64,000 nucleotides of DNA. Origin: Octopus bimaculoides (lineage: Eukaryota). Shown here piece after piece: positions 54,746 through 64,000 of this stretch; positions within the stretch are counted from its first letter, which is position 1; the number at the start of each line of letters is the position of its first letter. Location: positions 75,359,112-75,423,111 of the forward strand of contig NC_068981.1 of assembly GCF_001194135.2 (NCBI RefSeq), in the 5' to 3' direction. The translations under genes and the position numbers were made by a program. The notes under the pieces are model-generated. The model saw nothing but the letters and a program-made list of their open reading frames with translations, did no database searches and was not told where the DNA came from.

Positions 54746-56872
54746 GCATAACATGTTATGTTATATTATTGAAAGGCCAAGACAGTGCATCGGTAGAATT
54801 GTTAAAGCATCAGAAGCGGTGCATTGTATTAATCGTTCCGTAACTTTGCATTTAATCTGCATGAATTGCGACGACACGGTTCCTAAATTTTATTTGCTCC
54901 TGCTTTACCTTTCAGACAATCAGAAGTGTATCCTCCGCGCAAATACACGCACTTACTCGTGTTCGTGCGTATTAATATATAGATCCTTTGAAACCACAAA
55001 AATAAGGTTGTATTTTGCCATTAATTCTTCCACTTTTATGCTTAAGACATCACATTTTTAGTATTTTTGCATGATTTCAAACGGAACTTTTGCATTTACA
55101 TATATATTTATTACCTCTTCCTCATCGTATTTATGCATATCGTTCTATCAAATATGGAATGGCTTTCTTCATGGCCCTTTTCAGGTCTTCCGTGTTTAGT
55201 GGTAGACTTTATATCATTATTGATATCATTGGGAAAGTAGGCTGGTGGACTCAGTGTTAAAGTGAGAATTAATACACTAATATCCATGTAGGTGAACTAT
55301 CCTTATAAATTTAAGAGCGATATTTACAAATGTACTATGAATTACAAGAATTGAAACAACTTCCATGCGATCGGGTACATGATAATTCAAAGACACCACT
55401 CCGTAAAATAGAAATGACCCAAGTTAATTATATAATAATTCTCCATAGCAGCTAAAGGGTGACTAGGCGCAAAAAGTGAGAATACCGTTCATGGAACTGA
55501 CAAAAGTCTATATAGCACCTGAATTTCTTCTTTCCTCGATTCCAATATGGCAACGAAATTCATGTAACATTCTTCCATGTATAACGATTTATCGGTTGCA
55601 TACTGACCAACACTAACTGGTTGAATCATGTTCACGCAAGCGTTTGTGGCTTTCATGGCAAATCAATTAATTCATTGTAGCATTTCTTGCCTTTTTATGG
55701 AAACTTAGTTAGCAGTGATTCTAAATTGAGAATTTGAGTGAAGTATGGGAATTAGGCTAAAGTTTCGCTAGACGGGTTTCCTAATGAAATTATTTTGTTA
55801 GCTTGTCTCTTGCTTCTGTGTGAATTTCTCTATAGATAATTTAGGCGAACCTATTATTCGGAGTGATTATATCTTCCAATGACCGGAACTGTTTTTTCAA
55901 CTAGCTACCGCATAACTTTTTTTCAAATTTCACTAACAACTTGGTTTTGGCTATCACGATGCTATTCCAGAAATAATTCTCCATATTCCCTTTCAGTTGG
56001 ATAAAATCCGAAACCACGTATTTGAAAAACCATCTTCATAAACACACAGTGCAATGTTAAATACTGCGCTGTCTACTAGCTTTTTCTGTCTCATTTACTA
56101 GTGTGTCTACCGATGGGGAAAACGTATCTACGAAAATACATTTCAGCGTGTGTTTTACTGTTTCACTTAGTTTTTTGATGATCACAGTTAAGACATCATT
56201 TCTTTCTAACAATTGCTTTAGTTCCTAATGCACTGGTGCTATATATTTCGCCAATGCGTCGAAAACTTTACGGTTGACTTCAGCATAGTTTTCTATAAAC
56301 TTGATGTTCTTTATACTTTCCAAATTTTTATGGGAATATTCATTTTGTTATGAAGTTCTTAGCTTCGAATTTTCTTCTATCAGTGGTTTGCTCATTTCAG
56401 CAATTTGAAACGTATTCATCGAAGCATGAAAATATTTCTGTCTGTGGGAATTATACTTTACTGAACTTCTGATTTTCTTCAGATTATTGAATGCAGATAT
56501 AACTTTCCTTAATGACATGATTTATACTGTTGTCTTGTTTGGAAAATATTATGTATCAGTCCAAGGCTATTAATTACATTTTAAGCTGTAATTTGGATTA
56601 TTTAAGCTGAAGAGAAAAGTAGTGATTCCTGTGAGGTTATGTGGTTATTGTGTTAATTCTATGAAATTAAGGTCAGTAATAACGCCGCCGGCTATATAAT
56701 ATATGTATTCTGCATTACCTTGAAGCAATACGTATGTATGTGATCAATGTCTATGTCGCAGACTGTATGACAGTCAGGTCACTAACGAGATTTACTACGG
56801 TCATGCTGTCATACTGTGAATAATTTAGCGCGCATGACTTGTAGCTTTAACTTAATCGAAAGAAAAGCCAAC

Positions 56873-56943
<71 letters not shown>

Positions 56944-57352
56944 NNNNNNNNNNTATATATATATATAAATGCATATTTATATATATGTATTATATATATA
57001 TATATGTCTGTATATATGTATATATATGTGTGTATATATACATATATATGTATATATATGTGTGTATGTATGTATGTAGGTGGGGAGATGTGTAGGTAGG
57101 TAGGTAGGTAGCGAGCTAGCTAGCTATGTGCGTGCATATGTATATAGCGTTTAAACGCGAGTTACAAGAAATTTCATATATATATATATATTCCGCTGAA
57201 AATACAATGAAAGAAAAGCCAATCGAAAGAAAAATCAACCTATCTATCTATTTTTTCTATCTATCTATACATATTTACATAGAATACGCAGACACACATA
57301 TGTATATAAATATGTATATATGTGTATATATATATTTATCTATATGTATGTG

Positions 57353-57425
<73 letters not shown>

Positions 57426-57555
57426 AATAATAATAATAATAATTATAATAAGGATAAAAATCCAAATTTACAGGTAGCAACTCGATTAAATTCAATTTAT
57501 CAAAAATTTTAATTAAATTAAGTTTCACAGTATAAAATATAAATATATAGTTTTA

Positions 57556-58455
57556 GAGAAAAGAACCATGGTTCATGAACTCATCGATGAAAATCCACTG
57601 TCATATATAGAAAAATTAATAAGTAAAAGCACAATAAATAAGCATAGTAAACATCATAAGATAATGATAATGAAACGACTACACATGTTTCATAACCAAT
57701 TTTCAAATAGAAAGAATATTTAAATCGATTAAAACTATCGAAAATCAAATATAGCTAATCTTCAGGTCAAAATACAACAACAATAATAATAAAAGAATGT
57801 ATATATCAACCAACAATAAATAACAAATTAACGAATCTTTCGTTTGAAATACAATTTAAACAAAGTGTTAGGTTAAAATAATAAAGATAGAAGTAGCACA
57901 TATCTAAACGATGCTATAGTATAAACTAGAAGATTTTAGACTAAAGCGTTTATTTGAAAGATGTCTCGTGAAAGTATTGCATAAAGAAAAAGAATAGAAT
58001 AAATAGATATAAAAACATGAATGAAAATTTTATTATGAATGAAAGATAAAACTTTATATAACTTAAAACATAATAAAACGATTAACTATATTGTATAATC
58101 AAAGAAATTAAATAAAAAGACTAGATATTTATCTCATAAAATAAAAAGAAATATCAAACAGTATTAATGGAAAAAAATTCAACTCTAGTCTAATCGAAGG
58201 CTTTGTTTAGGCTAAGATGATAAACTTACTACTAATTAATTTAGTGTTAAAAAAGGTATCGACTAAAATTATCATTAAAAATCAATTGAATTAATATAAA
58301 AATACATATTTTTTTCAAACAATGATATAAACTCATTTAACAAAGTTAAAACGATATTTATCGCTACACTGCTGCAGTTTGCTTTTACTTATTAACTTTT
58401 CTATATGTGACAGTGGATTTTCATCGATGACTTCATGAACCTTGGTTCTTTTCCC
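57556..58455. mobile_element. 900-bp AT-rich MITE with ~76-bp terminal inverted repeats and TA target duplication
   Basis: TA|GAGAAAAGAACCATGGTTCATGAACTCATCGATGAAAATCCACTGTCA... (57556-57631) versus the reverse complement of 58380-58455, followed by TA. Confidence 0.9.
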
Positions 58456-59129
58456 TATAATTTAATATATATATATATATATATATATANNNNNNNNNNN
58501 NNNNNNNNNNNNNNNNNNNNNNNNNNNNNNNNNNNNNNNNNNNNNNNNNNNNNNNNNNNNNNNNNNNNNNNNNNNNNNNNNNNNNNNNNNNNNNNNNNNN
58601 NNNNNNNNNNNNNNNNNNNNNNNNNNNNNNNNNNNNNNNNNNNNNNNNNNNNNNNNNNNNNNNNNNNNNNNNNNNNNNNNNNNNNNNNNNNNNNNNNNNN
58701 NNNNNNNNNNNNNNNNNNNNNNNNNNNNNNNNNNNNNNNNNNNNNNNNNNNNNNNNNNNNNNNNNNNNNNNNNNNNNNNNNNNNNNNNNNNNNNNNNNNN
58801 NNNNNNNNNNNNNNNNNNNNNNNNNNNNNNNNNNNNNNNNNNNNNNNNNNNNNNNNNNNNNNNNNNNNNNNNNNNNATTCTTTTCTAGTTTCAGCTCCAG
58901 AGCTGTGGCCATGCACCATTTACACAGGAATATTCAGATTCTGGTTCAAGAATGTCCCTTACACAACTCACTAGTGGTACCTCGGAAAAGCCATCAGGAT
59001 TGGTTCTATTACCACCCCTATCTTTGATATGTCGTTAATCTCTACTCATAATAGACGGGAGAGAACACTGACAACCACCAACCATCAATCACAGGCTTTA
59101 TATTTGAGCCTAATTAATAGCAAGATGTT

Positions 59130-60085
59130 AAAATGTTGTGTTCTGAAGCCCAAGCTGTTGCAATAATGGATCCTTATCTGAGATGAAGGAGACGGTATCT
59201 TTGATATTATGCAGTGCCGTCCAGTTCCGTGGTTGGTATAGCTTTATATCACAAAGTTGGGTTAGGATCGTCCACATGTACATATCTGCAATCCTTTCTC
59301 GCCTTCTCTTTGAAGCTCTGCGGCGATCACAGTTGGGAGTTGTAATCCAGGCAACTGCGAGCAAGTGTTCTCCATGGAAGTAGCAAGGTATTCTTACTTC
59401 TGGCTCTGAATGATCAAAGAATCTATCCAACTGCTAGCTTGCACAGTGTTGCCATCCTGGAAATAAATACATAGAATGATGTGTCACTACTTGGATTCCT
59501 ATGTCACGCACCGAGTCTACCTATGGGATTGCATTGGCACATTGTCCTACATATTCCCACTATAGTCTGTTTCTGGGTCCATAAAAGAGTGCTTCAAACT
59601 TATCGGCATTAAATTGCATGTTATTTTCATCAGCCCATTTGTATAATGCGTGCAAGTCATTTTGCATTTTTACAATGCCATCAGGGTCCTTGCCAACCTG
59701 AGATACTTTTGTATTATCAGTGTAGCACGTGGGAGGTACTGACTGTACGACTGAGGTCATGCCTGAGAGAACCACTATAAATAGTAATGGTCCCAATACA
59801 GTTCCTGAGGAACTCCGTTGCGGATTGATGTCATCCTGAAACACCACCATTGGCTGCAGCTGTCTGGCTTCTGTCATTTAAAATGTCGTGCAGTCATTCT
59901 CTCAGTTTTCCATTCATACCAAGGTCACGAAGTTTGTAACATATCTTTCCATGATCAACTTTGTCTAAGGCCTTGGCAACGTCGAGATATATCACATCCA
60001 CACTTAAGTGGTTGAGCTGCTGTTTCAGTACCCAATCATAATGTTGTTGTAACTGCGTGAGGCAGCTCTTCCATTGCCGGAAACT
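59130..60085 (-). mobile_element. Decayed CR1-type LINE reverse transcriptase remnant
   Basis: FRQWKSCLTQL...VDVIYLDVAKALDKVDHG; GTVLGPLLFIV...CYTDNTK...MQNDLHALYKWADENNMQFNADKFE; VRDIGI; SCLDYNSQL*SP. Confidence 0.9.
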
Positions 60086-60607
60086 ATGTTGTGTGCTCAT
60101 ATATATACTACGTATTACATATGTATTATGACACACACACACGCATACATGTCATTTACGTAAATATAGCTATGTATGCACAATGTAAAGGATTACACAA
60201 CTGCATATAAATTTTGTTGTGTGTCTGTATATATATATATATGTGTGTGCGCGTGTGTGTGTGTATATCTACATATGTATGTATGCATGTCATGTGAGCA
60301 TTCATTAAAACTGACTTGGTGAGACAATGATACCTTATTGGAGAGAAGTTATATGATAGCAGAGAAGATTGAAAGAAATAAAGTGTAAAGAGAATGGGGC
60401 GGCGATAGTCAGACAGAAGAGTGCATACTGTGTGTTAGCATTTTAGAATGATATCATGCTAAAGAACCAGTCAATAAAACATTTTTCAGAAGAACCCATC
60501 ACAACGAATGTTGTTGCTGTTGAATAAATCGTTGTATTATACTGCTGCCTTGTTTTTGTCGCTGCTATTTCTAATATATTTGCCGAAGATATTGATGGCG
60601 CGATTAC

Positions 60608-60769
60608 GTGGTGGTGGTGGTGGTGGTTTTGGTGGTGGCGGTAGGAATAGTAGTCGTTGCTGTCATTAATAATTGTAGTTTTAGCATTATTACAATCATT
60701 AGTATTATTATTAGCAGTTATTGTGGTGGTAATAATAATAGTAGTAGTAGCAGCAGCAGCAGTACCAGC

Positions 60770-60831
<62 letters not shown>

Positions 60832-60915
60832 CATCAACATCATCATCATCATCATCATCATCGTTATCATCATCATTATCATCATCATCTTTATTATTAT
60901 TAGTATCATTATTAT

Positions 60916-60998
<83 letters not shown>

Positions 60999-62031
60999 GT
61001 AGTAGTAGTAGTAGTAGTAGTAGATTTACTGGAGATGCTGATGGTATCGAAGCTGTAAATTGCCGGTGCTGATATTGCTACTGTCTTACTAGGTGCCCTG
61101 ATGTCGCCGATTTGTTTAATGATGTTGCAATTATTATTGTTGTTTTTTTTTTTTTTTGCTGTTGTCGTTAACGATGTGATGGGTTGGTGTACATAACAGT
61201 ACCAATGTTGCTTGTATTTTTGTCTTTTTAGTTGGTTTTTACAATCACTTCATTCAAGCTTCAATTGCTGTCGCTCTTTAAGCTGATTTCTGTTGCTGTT
61301 GTTGTTGTTGCGACTGCTGCTGCTGTTCTTTGCTTATAGTATTGTTATTATTATTGTGATTCTCTTAAAACGATTTTCTGATGCCTGATTTATTTTTCCG
61401 TCGTCAGATGGTCTATTATTTATTCGATCTATTTTATTATACACTGATTTTCTGCTTGTATTGTTAGTGTTGTTAATTGTGGCTGTATCACTATTATTAC
61501 ACTTGCTCTCCATATCAAAGTTTTTATTTATCGGTGCTGATTGCATTGTTCTAATTTGCTGTTGATATTGTTGTTTATGTTGAGTAGCTTCAGCTTTGTT
61601 GTTACTGGTGTTGTTGTGGATTGTTGTTTCTTTATCCTGCTATTATTATTGTTGTTGTTCTTGTTGTTAATATTGTTGTTCAAATCACGTGGAGATCTAC
61701 TTTGCCGTTCATCTTTCCGGCAGCAATAAAAAGAGTATCAGTCAAATACCGGAGTCAAACTAATCGACTATACACTTCCTCCAAATGTGTGACCTCGTGC
61801 TAATCTTAGAAATCAATATTATTGCCGTTGTCTGCTTCTGCTCTTGTTAACATAGAAAACAGAACGGAAGCAAACGAGAAATAAGCAAGAATAGTAACAG
61901 AATTCTCATAAACAGGATCACCACAACCAGCAAATACCACTACAGCCACCAAACCGACCGCAACCAGCAAAACCACCACAAACAGCAAAGCCATCAGCAA
62001 CAGCAGCAGCACGACCACCAGCACCACCACC
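60608..62031. repeat. Long mixed trinucleotide low-complexity region (GGT, ATT, CAT, AGT, GTT, ACC, CAG)
   Basis: Direct reading; gives poly-I, poly-M and poly-L ORFs. Confidence 0.92.
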
Positions 62032-63179
62032 ANNNNNNNNNNNNNNNNNNNNNNNNNNNNNNNNNNNNNNNNNNNNNNNNNNNNNNNNNNNNNNNNNNNN
62101 NNNNNNNNNNNNNNNNNNNNNNNNNNNNNNNNNNNNNNNNNNNNNNNNNNNNNNNNNNNNNNNNNNNNNNNNNNNNNNNNNNNNNNNNNNNNNNNNNNNN
62201 NNNNNNNNNNNNNNNNNNNNNNNNNNNNNNNNNNNNNNNNNNNNNNNNNNNNNNNNNNNNNNNNNNNNNNNNNNNNNNNNNNNNNNNNNNNNNNNNNNNN
62301 NNNNNNNNNNNNNNNNNNNNNNNNNNNNNNNNNNNNNNNNNNNNNNNNNNNNNNNNNNNNNNNNNNNNNNNNNNNNNNNNNNNNNNNNNNNNNNNNNNNN
62401 NNNNNNNNNNNNNNNNNNNNNNNNNNNNNNNNNNNNNNNNNNNNNNNNNNNNNNNNNNNNNNNNNNNNNNNNNNNNNNNNNNNNNNNNNNNNNNNNNNNN
62501 NNNNNNNNNNNNNNNNNNNNNNNNNNNNNNNNNNNNNNNNNNNNNNNNNNNNNNNNNNNNNNNNNNNNNNNNNNNNNNNNNNNNNNNNNNNNNNNNNNNN
62601 NNNNNNNNNNNNNNNNNNNNNNNNNNNNNNNNNNNNNNNNNNNNNNNNNNNNNNNNNNNNNNNNNNNNNNNNNNNNNNNNNNNNNNNNNNNNNNNNNNNN
62701 NNNNNNNNNNNNNNNNNNNNNNNNNNNNNNNNNNNNNNNNNNNNNNNNNNNNNNNNNNNNNNNNNNNNNNNNNNNNNNNNNNNNNNNNNNNNNNNNNNNN
62801 NNNNNNNNNNNNNNNNNNNNNNNNNNNNNNNNNNNNNNNNNNNNNNNNNNNNNNNNNNNNNNNNNNNNNNNNNNNNNNNNNNNNNNNNNNNNNNNNNNNN
62901 NNNNNNNNNNNNNNNNNNNNNNNNNNNNNNNNNNNNNNNNNNNNNNNNNNNNNNNNNNNNNNNNNNNNNNNNNNNNNNNNNNNNNNNNNNNNNNNNNNNN
63001 NNNNNNNNNNNNNNNNNNNNNNTAAATTAGAAAATTAAGGAGGGAAGCACCTGCCAATATATACAAACTGCACAATTACAAAAACTGTAATCCACAGTAA
63101 AACTTATAACAAGAAAAGTAAAATTCTTTTAAGACATCAGAAATTCAAAAATTCAACGTTGTGAACATTAGTATATATA

Positions 63180-63715
63180 TAAGGAGAGTAATCCACTAGG
63201 AGTTATGTAGAAAGCTAGGATTTGAACCTACTGATAAATGGTATGAACATGAACCTAGTAAAGTACTAGAAAGTAAGAAATACAAGATGTTGTGGGATTT
63301 TAATATTCAGACTGACAGAGTAATAGAAGCTAGAAAGCCTGATTTAGTAGTAGTGGAGAAAGAGATTAGAAAATGCCAGATAATTGACTTTACAGTCCCA
63401 AATGACGAAAAATTCAATATAGAAAAAATAGCAAAGTTTATTGACCTAGCCATTGAAATACAGAGACTATGGAAAGTGTGGGTAAAGTGTATCCCAGTAG
63501 TTATAGGTGCATTGCGAACTATCCCTAAAGAATTATACAGATGGATAGAAGAAATAGGCATAACACCCAGTTTAGTACAGCTCCAGAAAACAGTGTTATT
63601 AGGGACAGCTACGATACTTAGAAAGGTTCTTGGCATCTAAGGTTACTTGTAGCCCGATGTTAGGATTTCTTCTTTTCCATTACATACTCAAAGCACGATA
63701 CAAACTGTAACATAA
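63180..63715 (+). mobile_element. R4/Dong-clade LINE 3' fragment with uninterrupted endonuclease frame
   Basis: ELCRKLGFEPTDKWYEHEP...MLWDFNIQTDRVIEARKPDLVVVEK...CQIIDFTVPND...PVVIGAL...LQKTVLLGTATILRKVLGI* (stop 63640). Confidence 0.92.
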
Positions 63716-63894
63716 CAAAAGACCGCAACACGTCTCAAGAAAAAAGTATCTAACACAATACAGTAACAGGAAACGTTTGCACAGTGCCAACAGCAGAACA
63801 GAACAGATGATGCTGCACACACTCCAGTAACACGAAGTTAAAGCAGATGATGCAGCAGAGATTTGCCTCAATCTACCAAATATTGAACAGTTAT

Positions 63895-63934
<40 letters not shown>

Positions 63935-63965
63935 TAATAATAATAATGATGATGATGATGATGAT
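63895..63965. repeat. (TAA)n-(GAT)n microsatellite
   Basis: Direct reading. Confidence 0.95.
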
Positions 63966-64000
63966 GGAAAAGAAGGGAAATTAAGGACAAATTACAAAAT

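Noticed and set aside
55300-56580. Non-microsatellite stretch that might be an ancient transposase
   Set aside because: All frames are heavily interrupted and I found no catalytic motif or terminal repeats.

Overview
AT-rich eukaryotic non-coding DNA, dense in microsatellites, with about 4 kb of N gaps mostly flanked by (TA)n. The SINE and LINE families resemble those I recall from octopus (cephalopod) genomes; this is pattern recognition, not a search result. I cannot support any intact host gene, tRNA or rRNA. Nearly all long ORFs in the track are microsatellite or N-gap artefacts. Real coding remnants are all transposon-derived: four R4/Dong-type LINE 3' fragments (restriction-like endonuclease), at least two of them directly abutting (TAA)n; two RTE-clade LINE remnants, one with an inverted 5' part; a CR1-type RT remnant; a Tx1/L1-type ORF2 C-terminal remnant; and a Tc1/mariner transposase remnant. 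There are also two TA-flanked MITEs and two tRNA-type SINE families. The best candidate for an undescribed system is a family of ORF1-only retroelements. They encode an RRM-like region, a CCHC knuckle and a novel C-terminal domain, followed directly by a conserved 230-275 nt 3' UTR with a terminal hairpin and no ORF2. Four pieces from three diverged lineages occur at 17.7-18.4 kb and 27.5-30.6 kb. Two copies share a -1 frame break, and the terminal hairpin is shared with the tail of an adjacent SINE.
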